Below, piece after piece: positions 1 through 12,843 of a stretch of DNA of 64,000 bases (positions are counted from its first letter, which is position 1; each line of letters opens with the position of its first letter). The translations under genes were made by a program, and so were the position numbers. The notes below the pieces were generated by a model. The model worked only from the letters and a program-made list of their open reading frames with translations, was not told where the DNA came from and searched no databases. The DNA is taken from assembly GCA_040954595.2 (NCBI GenBank), contig CM082598.2, positions 5,161,097 through 5,225,096 of the forward strand, written 5' to 3'. This DNA is from Balanoglossus misakiensis. Its lineage: Eukaryota; Animalia; Hemichordata.

Positions 1-376
1 ATTACGACAACAACTACGCCAATTTAAATTTTGACGTAAGCGATGAGCAGAAAGGGCCTTGCCCGAGGAAATAAACCATGTACATGTATGAAGTGTAAAA
101 AGTATTATAAAAGCTTAATAATCACGGGTTGTTCCTCACGTACAAGCTAGTTTCATGACATTGTTTCGAACTGTACTTGCCAATAAATGTACATATGTAC
201 TCACTGAATGATGTATATGCAAGTATTATTAACCACTATATATGACTTCATATGCACGTTTTAATCAAGCAAAGTGGTGCCCCACGGCAATATGGCGGCC
301 ACTTTGTGAATATGCAAAATGCACTGCAAACAGTGTATTCCCCTCATTGAAACAAATCGAACCATCTTTACTGCAC

Positions 377-414
377 CATAGACCCTGCAAAACTAGCTTT
401 CTCTAGGGTCTATG
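377..414. mobile_element. 38-bp micro-MITE
   Basis: TIR CATAGACCCT/AGGGTCTATG flanked by the direct repeat ACTGCAC (370-376, 415-421). Confidence 0.6.
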
Positions 415-744
415 ACTGCACTAAGACATTTCATTTTTCATAGCAAAAATATCACAGACTTTAAAATTGCGGGAAAATTCATGTGGCCATTTTGTCACAA
501 ATAATTGTTACCTTGATATAGCATCATGCGATATTAAAGAGATAGAATTAAATGCATATCCTAGCTTATTGGAGATATTTAAAACTTAACAAATTTTAAT
601 TTATCGAGGTGCTGCTCATGGAGATTTAGAAACTCAAGCTGTCGGTTTACTTCCTAGTATTCAAGATTTCAGATATTGCCCGCCACGTTAATCCCGCTCA
701 ATTTGCGTTATAAAACAGTCCTTCCCACTCGGCCTTGGAATCAT

Positions 745-1166
745 GGATCCGTCTGAACTGCTCATGTGCGACTTTTCCGTCTGGTTAAAACACACTGTTC
801 AAGGAGACCCTGCCAATCAAAACATAGCATATCAAAAAAAAATTGGAAAATAGGATAAAAAGTAACAACCACACTGTTTACAATGATGTACACTGTAGCA
901 AGTTACACTACAGTGTAATACAAAGTGGCAATCACATTGTTTGCAATGATGTACATTGTAGTAGTTACATTACAGTGTAATACAAAGTAGCAACCATATT
1001 ATTTGCAATGATGTACAATGTAGCAAGTTACACTAGTGTAGTACAAAGTAGCAATCACATTGTTTGAGATGAAATACATTGTAGCTGTTACACTTTACGC
1101 CTACTTTGACTTACGAGAAACTGTGACTATCTTACCTCATACCTGCACCAGCAGACGACACGACAC
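745..1166 (+). mobile_element. Dispersed element carrying a 62-bp tandem array (copy 1)
   Basis: 5' module (gtctgaactgc..actgttca..gaccc), about 4 units of CATTGTAGCAGTTACACTACAGTGTAATACAAAGTAACAACCACATTGTTTGCAATGATGTA, 3' module ending cagacgacacgacac. Confidence 0.75.
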
Positions 1167-1309
1167 ATGTTCTTTAATCTGCCCGATTCCACCAATTCTG
1201 GCCTAGCCGTGTTCATGAACTGGCTATATCACTCTACCGTGCATTTCTATTCACCCCAACTCCAGCCATAGTTGTTTTTAATTTCTCCTTAATTCACTTC
1301 ATTCAATAG

Positions 1310-1392
1310 GTGTATTGTCGGTGAAGACCTACGCCGAGCAATGCGAATACTAGGATTTTGTCCAACCAGAAAGGAAATAGACGATATGATAG
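1310..1392 (+). CDS. centrin-like exon
   Basis: caatag|G ... ATAG|gtaatt; encodes CIVGEDLRRAMRILGFCPTRKEIDDMI. Confidence 0.85.
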
Positions 1393-1960
1393 GTAATTAG
1401 CTTACATACAAACACATAAAACAGGCATGCATGCATGCATGCATGCATGCATACATACATACATACATACATACATACATACATACATACATACATACAT
1501 ACATAGATACATACATACATACATACATACATACATACATACATACATACATACATACATACATACATACATACATACATACATACATACATACATACAT
1601 ACATACATACATACATACATACATACATACATACATACATACATACATACATACATACGAGAGACGTGTGTGTGTGAGGGGCTAGCGAGAGAGAGTTGGG
1701 GCAAGCGTATGTACACGAGCTTAATAGCTTATCTAATTACAAGTTATTTCAAAGACCCAGTCTATGATTGATTCTTCTTCTTCTTTATGTCTTGTTTCAC
1801 AGCTGACTTGGGCAGCCAGAGCAAAGGGTACGTTCCTAACATGAATGTCCGACGTCAATAAAATTTATGGCGCGTTTGCTTGTTGTTTTCAACCACAGGT
1901 CGCCATAAATAATACATAGGAGGCAAAGATGACTTTTTGATACTAAGATTATTAAAACCA

Positions 1961-2040
<80 letters not shown>

Positions 2041-2965
2041 ATGTTTTATATCGGGGAAAGATAAGTGCGAACAGACATTTCCATTCAACTTTGCTTCCTT
2101 CTTTTTCTTCACCAGATTGGTTACATTCAACGACTTTTTGGAATTTGTCGTCAACAAACAAGGCGACGCTCGTGATATTTATGACGAGATAATTCAGGTA
2201 AAAGCTACCCTCCCCCCCACCTCCCCATTTCACACCGCCCTCCACGTGTTCATACATGTGTACAATGCATTGTGGGGTGCGTGCGGTATATTTTTTTTTT
2301 CGTTTTTATTTTATGCGAAGTTCTTACGTTGGATTTATCGCACAGCGTCGGCGTTCAGAGTTGCATTAGTAAACAGGTCTATTTACTTTTCCACAATGGC
2401 TGCTGTTTTCGGCCACCACGTCGTGATTGTTACTGAAGGCGCAAAGAGCAGCCTAATTTCCGGTTCTGGAATCTTTCTTCCAGCACTATGAACTGGCCTT
2501 TCTTCATGGAATTGGTCCTTAGGCATTACCGTGAACGGCCTCTGAGATAGAACTAAACATTTGTTTCTCCCAACAAATTCACACCTACGTTATAGCCTTT
2601 CACGCTCTCTCCCACCAAGTTACAATTTCCAAAGCTTCGCAGAAACCCACTCTCGACCAAGCTAAATTTAGACGAGAGGACAACAAAATCAAGCCGTGTT
2701 ATTTCCTGTATAATTTTGACAGTACACACTTGATGAAACGCACCGTGGGTATTGCAATTTGTTGGTTGATACATCTGAAATTTAACACACAGATCTTTTG
2801 CCATTGTTATGTTTCAGAATAATTTCAAACTCAGCATTTTGACTGTACATTGCATGATATTATCACAAAAATTGTCTTTATGTCAACTGTATCTACAGTA
2901 TTTCCCCAAGACAAAATTTGTGTAACGATGGTAAAGTGTGTGTGTTTGTGTGTGTGTGTGCGTGC

Positions 2966-3041
<76 letters not shown>

Positions 3042-3994
3042 CAGGCAGACAGATAGAGACAGAGACAGACAGAGAGACATGTAGATAGACAGAGAGACCG
3101 AGACAGACAGACAGACAGACAGATTCACTTGGTTGGATATACACAGAAATACAAATCAATGACTAATTTACAGTTTTCTATTGTGTACATAGGGCTTCAG
3201 GATGCTTGACATAGGTAAGAATCATCAACTTTCTGCATGAAGGTGGTCCACAGGCTCTATTGAAAATGCACAGTTCTGCAGTCATAATTACAACCATGCT
3301 ATACAAGCATGTGCTAGTACTCTTTTGATAGTCTCTTAGTCAGGAGTGAAAACTAAACACGGAGCATCGTGGCACTGGACGAAATTGTAGTTCCGTAGCT
3401 TGAGGCATCGCCTGCCGCGTCCACAGGAACATTCTAGATAATGCCGTCTCTTCCCCTCCGGTGTAATAAAATGAACGGTCCCTTGGTCCTGCGTTATTGA
3501 CTTCTTGCATTTACACCAACAGTGTCGACGCTGCTTTTTGACCTTGTAGGCCGACTTTAACGCGCTTGTCAAGTACACAAAATAACAGTCAACAGGGAAC
3601 ACTATTTTTAAAAATCCGGCAAAAGTATAATTAAGACCCTTTTCTAACATTGACTCTCCCCTCCGTCGAAATAAAATTGTCCCGTCCCTGACACTAATGT
3701 AAGTCTAAAACAGTACTCGCGAATGTCGACAAAATATTATGTTTTCAGGCACTGCTTGTTTCAGCGCATTTATTTTATTGTAACATGATATTAACAGAGC
3801 TCGTTCGCCTTTCACTCGCAGAGGGCAAAGGTCACATCTGTTTTGCTGACATCAGGAATGCCTGCGACGAACATGGCGTCCGCTTTTCTGACGTCATGAT
3901 CCAAGAAATGGTACAGGAAGCAGACGAGAACGGCGACAACGTTGTGGACAAAGAGGAGTTCATCAACGTTATGTTAAAAACAAATTTGTTTTGA
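1310..3994 (+). CDS. Centrin/caltractin-like EF-hand protein, 3' part (5' exons not identified, probably upstream of the window)
   Basis: Exons 1310-1392, 1803-1827, 2116-2197, 3193-3214, 3822-3994, all with AG/GT boundaries and matching phases. They splice to (G)CIVGEDLRRAMRILGFCPTRKEIDDMIADLGSQSKGLVTFNDFLEFVVNKQGDARDIYDEIIQGFRMLDIEGKGHICFADIRNACDEHGVRFSDVMIQEMVQEADENGDNVVDKEEFINVMLKTNLF*. AMRxLGF and the terminal MxKTxLF are centrin hallmarks. AATAAA at 4079-4084. Confidence 0.85.
1426..1657. repeat. (ATGC)n + (ACAT)n microsatellite
   Basis: Directly visible. Confidence 0.98.
1803..1827 (+). CDS. centrin-like 25-nt micro-exon
   Basis: tttcacag|CT...AAAGG|gtacgt; supplies ADLGSQSKG and bridges phase 1 to phase 2. 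Confidence 0.75.
1964..2039. repeat. (GA)n microsatellite
   Basis: Directly visible. Confidence 0.98.
2116..2197 (+). CDS. centrin-like exon
   Basis: caccag|A ... CAG|gtaaaa; encodes LVTFNDFLEFVVNKQGDARDIYDEIIQ. Confidence 0.85.
2935..3124. repeat. (GT)n/(GA)n/(GACA)n compound microsatellite
   Basis: Directly visible. Confidence 0.95.
3193..3214 (+). CDS. centrin-like 22-nt micro-exon
   Basis: tacatag|GGC...ATAG|gtaaga; encodes GFRMLDI (equivalent to centrin AFxLFD). Confidence 0.8.
3822..3994 (+). CDS. centrin-like last exon (EF-hands 3-4)
   Basis: ctcgcag|AG...; EF loop DENGDNVVDKEE, ends MLKTNLF-TGA. Confidence 0.9.
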
Positions 3995-6223
3995 GAAAGC
4001 GTCAACAGAGCGTCAGTATCTAAACATATACATCATTGCATCACAGTTTATAGCAATGTTTTACTGGAATGCAACAACAATAAAGTGTTTACATGACTTA
4101 TGAATATTTCTCGTCTTATATATTTCGTGTTGGTTTGTCCTCTTGTTGGTTTGTCGCCTAGGCGTAGAACGATGAAGGTTTTATTTTTGGTCGTAATTCA
4201 ATGGCACACGTGAACATAACACCTGTGCAGAAAGAAACCGCTTCCTGATTGGTCAATCCATACGTGTTCTCGAAGTAGCATTTTTGATTGGACTACACAC
4301 TGTCTGGCTTGGGCGCGCGCATCTTTTATTGTTAATTCTGCCACGTGGATTGCATTGCCAAAAATACCGCGTGGTCACGTTCCAAAGGCGTGACACGGCC
4401 CGCACCATGCACTACGCAGTGTCAGGACATCCGAAAAATGGAGCACTAATCGGATTTGTGTTGATACGGATATTTGTACCGAGTGTCGTCTGTATCCGGT
4501 CCCTCGCTAATACCGGAAAAGGAGGTGAACGACTTGTGTTTTCCTGCTGAAGTACACCTGAACAGGAGCATTAACCCGGGTACTCCGGTAGGCAAAGATT
4601 TTGCTTGTTCATGAGGAATCGAGTGATGAACCTACTCTTGTCAGAAATACTCGTGTGCATGTGATGGACTCGTGTGCATGTGATGGACAGAGTATATTAC
4701 GCTGTATTCAAATTCTCATTCACTGATATTTCATGGTTTTAAAAACTGCCATTTTATTGCAATGTATTGTATGAATTACATAGATTCTGAGAAAAGCTCT
4801 GGGTTTATTTAATATATATGGGTGGATATCCCATACCATGCGTTTGTAGGTGGTCTTCGGCCTTTCCCTTGAATATTTGGTAGTCGGTCGCCCCTTTTTC
4901 CCGCGCATCACAACTCGTCCCTTGATTAATGACTTCTATGCGCGAACGTCAACTGGGTACTGGGGAGGAAGCTTGCTACTGGCCATGGTAAACGAATTCG
5001 AATTGATCAAAATTTCTTCATCGTCCAATTTTTGTATGAAGCATTACAACAGCCGTGGCGGCCATTTTGGAATGCATCCCAAGATATTTCTAGACTCAAA
5101 CGTGAACCTAGCTCTCTCATACAAATGAAGCAGAACCCAAGTTTGAAAATAAAACCATGAAAATAATATAAAAAATTCAGCCTCTACATCAGCTCACTTA
5201 AGGTGATTTTTACTAATGCATTCATTAGTCAAAGGTCAAATAGAAATTTCATATCCAGGTGATGAAATGATTTCGAAAATTAAATAACCTCATTATGCTA
5301 CTATTTATACCACAATTATTGTAAAATGTATTTTAGGGATAGCTATCAGTATTTCGTTTTGAATTGTTCGTATAAGAAAAAAAACGTTATCTTTTACTTC
5401 TTACAGTTAATTTTCATGACGACATACTGGGTACTCTATTCTAACATTTAATATTTGCATAGATTGTTATTATTGCCGCCACTAATGACGTTTGTCGTTC
5501 CAGCCTCGTTCGCATGCAAGTTAACGGTTTGAGCTGGACTTGCTATGAGGAATATTTAAAGTGGGGCGGATATTAATCCTGATAATTGATCAAACATTGC
5601 CGACAAAAAAGTCTATAGGACATGTGAATTTTGCAACATTTTACCTCCTGAACTTTGAGCGCCTTTATCATGTGCTGGTTCATACTGTTGCAAAATACAC
5701 GTGTCCGGGTAAGACGTTATTTTGTCAGAGAATGGGTTAATTTCATACCCCAAAAACATTGAAGTCCTGAATTATTTTGGAAATCGGCGGTAAAACGGTA
5801 GGAATGGGGATGCATATGACAAAGATGCCAAACAAATCATATCTCTAGTACTATAACTTCCGGGATATATGATAATCATTGACTGCTCTATATAGTGTGT
5901 CGCTAACACCCCAAGCGGGAAATTTGCAAAACTTGCTTCACCATTCATCTCGCTATTGCAGCAGGAGAATCGGCGTGTCGTAGAAATAGGGCATTTTCAT
6001 GACCTCTACATGACCCCACATCCTCGCACTTCCATCATTCACCTGTAGTCAATAAATTACGTACCGAATTACAAAAGTGACTCTTTTTCAAGCAACCTTT
6101 TACACGTACATTGTCCCGAAATGCTGAATTTTGACAACACCATACCAACGGAAGTACAAGTATTAGCGGCCATACAGGGTTCATGAAAGTATACTATTAT
6201 ATTGGTGTACATAATCTAACTTT

Positions 6224-6302
6224 TCACACGAAGACTGGCTTCACTAACGTTCTCCGACAGTCAGGGCATCCTTTTGAACTGGTTGAATACGTCTCCAGGC
6301 AA
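6224..6302 (-). CDS. RAPSN: rapsyn last coding exon
   Basis: ccaccag| then (N)CLETYSTSSKGCPDCRRTLVKPVFV-TGA. Confidence 0.92.
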
Positions 6303-6709
6303 CTGGTGGCAGAAAACAAAATGAGTATGATAAAAGTGTCTGATGAATGTGGAAAACCTTCCCTCGTTGTTGGTGGCCGTATACGGGCAATGTATGCGAA
6401 GCAAATACATTTAGCTTCCTAGTTTATGCCCCGAATGAGATATTTTGCCAATTTATCATTCATACCATATAATATTTTTGTGATCATACCCATCCATATC
6501 CCGAGGTTCATAGGTCAAATATACAGCATTTACATGGCTAGGTGCAGTGCAAAGCAGTCAATCATATCGTATCGTATCATATCATGTCATGTCATGTCAT
6601 GTCATGTCATGTCATACATCACATCACATCACATCACCATCATCATCATCATCATCATAGTCGTCGTCGTCATCCTCCTCCTCATCATCATCATAGTCAT
6701 CGTTGTCTG

Positions 6710-6774
<65 letters not shown>

Positions 6775-7198
6775 CGTCACGTGACATCACATCACATCAC
6801 ATCACATCACATCACATCACATCACATCACATCACATCACATCACATCACATCACATCACAGATTCAGAGCATAGCATGGGCAATTTTGTAATTTTGTAA
6901 AAATGTCGTCTACCGGAAATTGCTTAGGTTTTATTTAGTGTTGAACACGAAATAAAAAGAAACCCTCCACTTACTTTGCATGGAATAAGTGCCAACATTG
7001 CAGAGGTTCCAATTCGGCGTTCTTTTCAGCTAGACTTTCATTACAGATACCACAAGATAACCCCATGTCATCCAGGCCCTGCTTGTACAGTTTGCAGTAT
7101 TTTTTGCCATTTTCATATTGACCTAGGGAGTTGTACAGCTGTTCCAGTTGCCAGTGTATTCTCATTGCTAGCATCTAAATAGAAAAATAAATAAAAAA

Positions 7199-7241
<43 letters not shown>

Positions 7242-7245
7242 AAAA

Positions 7246-7316
<71 letters not shown>

Positions 7317-10300
7317 ACAAAGACATTTATAAAATATATTATAACCCATCACTATTATTAAAATAATCCTCATGCTATATTAAATAATTTGTACTTTATC
7401 ACACCTAGCATATACTAGTAAATCCCGTAGTTGTGATTGTGTGATTCTGTATCACATGGTATAGGGCTTTAAACGGATGAGGGAGACGCGCGCTTTTTGT
7501 GACGAAAGAGCTCTGCATTTTGCTACATTTCCCGCCAAGTTGAGTACTTACATTGTATTCAAATTACTGCGCGCTTCACCATTCCCGCGCCTCACAACTT
7601 GTCGTGCATTGCATCTGCACGCTATGGTTTCAGAAGTGTGGGCAGATATCTCCAGCTTAGTTAGATGACGTTTTAATTCAGATTGACGGTAAGCACACAT
7701 GACTAGTTGTAAGTAATTCTGGCATATTATTTAGACATTATTTGACTAGCAAGTTACAATGTAGGTTAGGTGACCGTCGGCGCGGCCTAAGCTTACGGCA
7801 GGAGATGGTTGCAGATTGGTATGTAGGGTCAACCATGGGTCAACCCAACCTGCATAAATGCGGATGTTTCTGATGGTCCTAAGATATTCTGAGCCGAATG
7901 TAGGTAGGGCTGAGGGCAAATAAAATGCCATACAACGCACACAGAGTTGTCAAGCAATGTCTGTTTGTGAGCGCTCCTTGTTAGGATAAAATTAAGAACA
8001 CGTGGTAGAGATAGCGTCGGATTATTAGGCCTACTTACACATTGACTGGTCATGAGGGTAATAGTGTGACGTGACATGCATTACCCCCCCCCCCCATGAA
8101 TGTGAGTCACCAAACACACACACACACACACACGTGGGGAGACTGGCAACATGCTGTTTTAGCCAACTCGACTAAAACCAGTCTATATTTTGTAATATTT
8201 TGTGGAATTTATCGCCTATGCACATGTGTTTGGCGTACCTCCATGGTACAACGGATATCTTCCATTTGCGCATGCGCAGAAATTTTTCAAGTAATAGTTG
8301 TCCGGAATGTTACCTGTATGTACCTGGTTAGATGTTCTCAAGAACTGTTAGTCGGTGATGCTACTAGCGTGAGTCAGCAAAAAAAATGATTTCTCCAATC
8401 GTAACGAAACATGACATTAGAAAAGAAGACTACGCCTCACCCGATTTCCAACCGTTTCTGCAGTTTCCAAAGCCCTATGGTTGTACTCCAATGCCTAAAA
8501 AATAGATATTGTAATCTTGAGTGAGATTATATAAGGCCAAAAAATAATTGTTTCAGTTCAGCGCGCGCATCACTTGAATAACAGCGCGTCACCCCCTTTT
8601 TCCCTGGTTGTTTGTAGTGGCTGCCACGGCAAACTCGAACTGCTTCAGTTAGCTATAAATCACTGTACACTTTGGGGTGCAAGATCAGTGACTGCATTAA
8701 ACAGTATACATGAGACTATATTGATAAAACTAAAAAAAAATGACCGTCCTTCCTCCCTTGAGGGGGGGGGGGAATTCGCATCGCCGAATGGCCTGACCAG
8801 AAACATTTCTTTTTTTTGCCTAAGGGGTGAAAATTCTGACGAAGCAGACAGTAAGATGACGACGACGACAACAACAATAAACTACTGAATGCGTGTCTCA
8901 ATGGTGTTGTTTTGAGTCGATTGGTCATGTTCCAACAAAATTAAATTTCTGCTTATAACTTTTCGAATTTTCCTTAAAAATAATCTGTCAGATAATAAAC
9001 TTGGAATTGTTTTTTATATCCGACACTGCACTTTTGAATGGAATAAAAACAACTGAATTGTGCATAGCAGCAGGTGAGCAAAGTCCAGTTGGCACTCGTG
9101 GACACCTTGTTTAATGTAACTTCTTCCCATGCAAATTAAGAATAGTTTCCTAATCAGTACGTGTTTGTTGTGTTTCATTGCAGATTTCGTCGACAGGAAA
9201 ACGTGTAGTGTCTGTCTATATAATTCCACGCCATACCCGCTGTTCGGTATAAGACGGTATCTGATTGGGCGGTAATCCCGGACGACGAGCAGGATTTGAA
9301 AGCGACGTTTTTGTTGGTCAGATTCAGAGTGGCCGTAGCAACAGAACAAAAGAACACACACCCAGGAAAGGTAAGTTGGTTTTCATCATAGCTTTCGGTT
9401 CGATTAACCATGTAAAGACTCGCATGCACACAAGTTTGGTTCGACATTTTCATGAATCCCCAGCAAAGATAATAAAAATCAATAAGAGCGTTCGGATTTA
9501 AGTTGTACGCCATGCGCAGAATCTCACCCAAGCTCGGAACGATATTTTCACGAGTTTCGACTTTAGTTTTCCTTAACTTTTGAGGGTGGAAGAATACATA
9601 TGCGTTGGTTGCCTATAAATGTATATTATTCGTCACATTTTTGTTTTCCAAACTTTCACTTGTTCGTGGATGGGGTTTGCGAATAGTTGGTTTTAATGCG
9701 CGTGTGTGAACAGCCTTAACTTTTAATCAGACCATTGGTAACCCCCCCCCCACCCCCACACACAAGAGGACCAACATGGTTCTGCTTTATAAAGTCAAAG
9801 GTTGGCGAGACAGGTCTGTGCCAAACACAATATGAACGGGGACTAAAGATTAGCTTATATTGTCACAATCATCGAGATTTGTTTTGCCCGGTCATGGGCC
9901 TAGATGTGAACCCAGAAAATATACAACTCTTTTAAAAAGAAACACATCTAACACTAGAACAAACACTGGATGTTTGACTTACTTGACTGTGCTGCCTTTT
10001 TGTCATCATGTTCTTAGCCATCCCGGTAAGCGCACGGATTTGGCCTATTTTGTCTCCAATTTCCACAGCGATGTTGAGAGCTGCTTCGTATCTGGGGAGT
10101 GCCCTCTTCACGGCAAGTGAGCATATTGGAGGGGGGGGGGGAAGGTGGTATTTTAGGATCATTTGTTGTGATGACACAAACAGGCAACTTTCTTGTAAAA
10201 GATACAAACTTCACAGAACCTTCAGCAAGAGGTTGGGTGTTGAACGTATAAATGCAGAACTATTTAGATTATATGTCTTGTACGTTCTTGAGGTTATCAA

Positions 10301-12843
10301 ACCCATTCATACTTTTACCGCGTGGAATGCACACTTTACTACAGAACAATTCAAAATAAACTTCTCTGAATTTAGAAACAATACATAACTCAAGAGAGAC
10401 AGAGGCTGAGATAGAGAGATAAATACCTCGTAGTCATGTCTATTCCGGTGTATGTCGGCAAACAAACACAGGCATCGTCCCTGCACACTGCGGTCTCCCA
10501 AGTGAATAGCCAGTTTCATTGCGTCCTGAAAAAAATAACAAGCAGAAACATCCACTGTAGGTTTCAGTGACTGACAGTCGAACTCGCTCTTGACTTGAAT
10601 AGACCATTTTCCGAACTCTACGAGAACCTGCGAGATCTCGCGTTTCTAGACAGTTAAGATTGATAGCATGTGATACACAGGGACCACGGACCGTGCAAAG
10701 GAAAAATATCACATGGCCTATCGTGTTAAACAGCACAAAAGTTACAGATTTTGTTAAACTCCGAATTGAAACTATTCTTTTTCATATAAATCTTGACTTG
10801 TTTTTTATTGGCTGGCGTAATTAACGAGGTCTCGCGAGATCTCGCAACAGGCGGAAAATCATCTGCGGTGACAAAATAAGCTCCTGCACACGAATACAAT
10901 GATACAGGTGTGTGAAAACTGTCACGTGTTGACGATTTATCCGAAACACAACGTGCCGCCATTTTCTTCCCTGGTAATTCGCGTACATCGCGACAATCCG
11001 ATTATAGGGTTATTAAGCATGCTTCTGAGAAAAAACCTCATTTGGCGGAGACGCTCGACCGTTTTCAGCTTTCAAGAAACAAAATTAATCAACCCCGACG
11101 TATCTTGTTCTTTCTTTATTTCATTTAATGCCGGCATTTAACCTCCCCTCTCACGGCACGACAAATCCATACTTGGCTGACTGTAGTAGCCACCCACTCT
11201 AATCGGATATCCGCGCGCGCTTTCCGATGTTCACGTCCCTCCCATAACCACTTCCTTGCGTAAAATGCGTTATCCTTCGTCACCTACTTTAAATTGAGAT
11301 CTAATACTGTCATTGAAACCTTTCCTCCTCGTGTAAAATCGCATCTTCACGACTCTCCTTTCAAGGAAAACAAATCTACCCATGATGATTTCTTGATTCT
11401 TTGTGTTTTACCGCTGAGCCAAAAACACCAAACTTAGGCAAAAAATAATATGTGCTGTTCCGATTACATGTTTTTCAAAGATAGGTTAGGCAGGTAGGGA
11501 CATTTTTGTATTTTGCAACTTTTTTTTATTTCTCTGGCCGCCGCAGTGTCGAAAAATGACGACATAGTTCTTGCGTAATGCGCGCGATTTCGTCATATTT
11601 CGTGCAATTTTCATAAATGTTGTATATTTGACATCATTGGTATATTTGACATTTGTATATTTGACATCGTGTTACTTCCGGGTTTACGAAAAGTTTAGGG
11701 TCGGCGGGTTAAAATTAGGGTAGGTCGGGTTATCGGAACAGCACATTTTTTTGGCCTAGATGATTTCGTGTCTGTTGGAATATTTTTGTTAGACGTTTAT
11801 TTTATATTTATTTACATTTATGTACATGTATATGCCTGCTTGGATGTGTGGTACAATATTGGGTCTGTGATCATGGTTATTTTATGTGTAATCTGCGTTG
11901 ACAAGAGTATTTAAACTAAGAAAATTGCCGTGTTTCAACCTTACCAAAAACTCGCTTCAAAGTGACATTTGAAAAAAAAAATAACTTTCGTCACCATGGT
12001 CGAAAAGTTGTACCCCCGCAATATTAATCGGGTTATCCCTTACATATTGCTCAGTATTGGTCGGTATCTTACACTGCCTGCATTTCATTCTGCAATTGAA
12101 TAGCAACGGTTGATGGGAAATACCCTCCTAAAACGTCAACTAAAACTTTAATCACTGACCTCGGTGCATTCCAAAGCGATGTTTAGCTTCTCAAGCTTTC
12201 TGTACGGATTAGCAAGATTGAATCTGGCCAGCGTGTGAAACTTTGGACACCACTGGTCGCCAAATTTGTTGACCAGCTCGACCCCCTTCAGATAAAACTG
12301 CAACGATTTGTCGTAGTCTTTCAAGAGAAGGTAGAGTTCACCCAGGCTCCCGTACGCGTTGCACTCTATCGTTTTGTCGTCGCATTTCTGGGCCAGTTGT
12401 AAGCTCTTGTGGAGATACTCGAACGCCTTCTGAAAGTCACTGAAGCCGACATAAGCGTTTCCCAGGCAGAGATAAACTTGTCCGATGGTGCGGGTGTTGT
12501 TGGTCGTCTGGCTCAGGGCGTGTCGGCAGTACGAGATGGCTTTGTGGTACTCGCCGAGTTTCTCGTTGCTGCGGGCCAAGTTCAAGTAGGCCTCGGCGCG
12601 CATATCGTTGTTGTTCACTTCATTGGCGAGGTCAATCTGCTTCACGGAGTATTGCAACATGTCCCTGTATTTGCCCCACTCGCAGTGAGCCCACGCCAGA
12701 TAGCCCAAGGCGACGAAGCGGTCACGCTTGTCCGACGCCTTGTCCACGGCCCGTTTCCATTTCGCCACCGCCGTGTCGGGATCCTGGCCCTTGTACGACT
12801 TCAGGCCGTCGTCAATGAGCTTCCTGGCCCACTTCTGACCCAT
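6224..12843 (-). CDS. RAPSN: Rapsyn (43 kDa acetylcholine-receptor-associated protein of the synapse), complete CDS, 412 aa
   Basis: Minus-strand exons 12843-12160 (684 nt), 10525-10427 (99), 10105-9983 (123), 8494-8441 (54), 7174-6975 (200), 6302-6224 (79); total 1239 nt. N-terminal MGQ myristoylation site, TPR repeats including EAYLNLARSNEKL, RING-H2 CGIC..CWHLFHANC..CPDC, and C-terminus CRRTLVKPVFV* (vertebrate CRRSSMKPGFV). Confidence 0.96.
6560..6860. repeat. (CATGT)n/(CAT)n/(CACAT)n compound microsatellite
   Basis: Directly visible; in the last rapsyn intron. Confidence 0.95.
6975..7174 (-). CDS. RAPSN: rapsyn coding exon 5 (coiled coil + RING-H2 start)
   Basis: MLAMRIHWQLE...CGICNESLAEKNAELEPLQCWHLFHA, donor gtaagt. 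Confidence 0.93.
7186..7317. repeat. (AAAT)n microsatellite
   Basis: Directly visible; on the minus strand it forms the pyrimidine-rich tract of the rapsyn exon-5 acceptor. Confidence 0.97.
8441..8494 (-). CDS. RAPSN: rapsyn coding exon 4 (54 nt)
   Basis: ttttag|ALEYNHRALETAETVGNR|gtgagg. Confidence 0.9.
8535..8820. mobile_element. Harbinger/Tourist-like MITE
   Basis: TAA|GGCCAAAA ... TTTTGCC|TAA. Confidence 0.55.
9983..10105 (-). CDS. RAPSN: rapsyn coding exon 3
   Basis: RALPRYEAALNIAVEIGDKIGQIRALTGMAKNMMTKRQHSQ, donor gtaagt. Confidence 0.92.
10427..10525 (-). CDS. RAPSN: rapsyn coding exon 2
   Basis: DAMKLAIHLGDRSVQGRCLCLFADIHRNRHDYE with ttcag/gtattt boundaries. Confidence 0.93.
10601..10864. 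mobile_element. MITE with subterminal GCGAGATCTCGC palindromes
   Basis: Imperfect TIR agaccattttccg/cggaaaatcatct; inverted copy at about 37789-38033 and partial copy at about 35680-35880. Confidence 0.6.
11437..11756. mobile_element. Harbinger/Tourist-like MITE
   Basis: Imperfect TIR GGCAAAAAATAATATGTGCTGTTCCGAT / ATCGGAACAGCACATTTTTTTGGCC. Confidence 0.65.
12160..12843 (-). CDS. RAPSN: rapsyn coding exon 1 (myristoylation site + TPRs)
   Basis: ORF MGQKWARK...LECTE followed by donor gtcagt. Confidence 0.95.

Noticed and set aside
1350-1771. Long MYVC/HTYI-repeat ORFs (also 56811-57479, 43226-43624, 19673-20048, poly-His/Ser 6426-6900, SLSL 1836-2257)
   Set aside because: Translations of microsatellites; open in several frames on both strands, with no coding signal.
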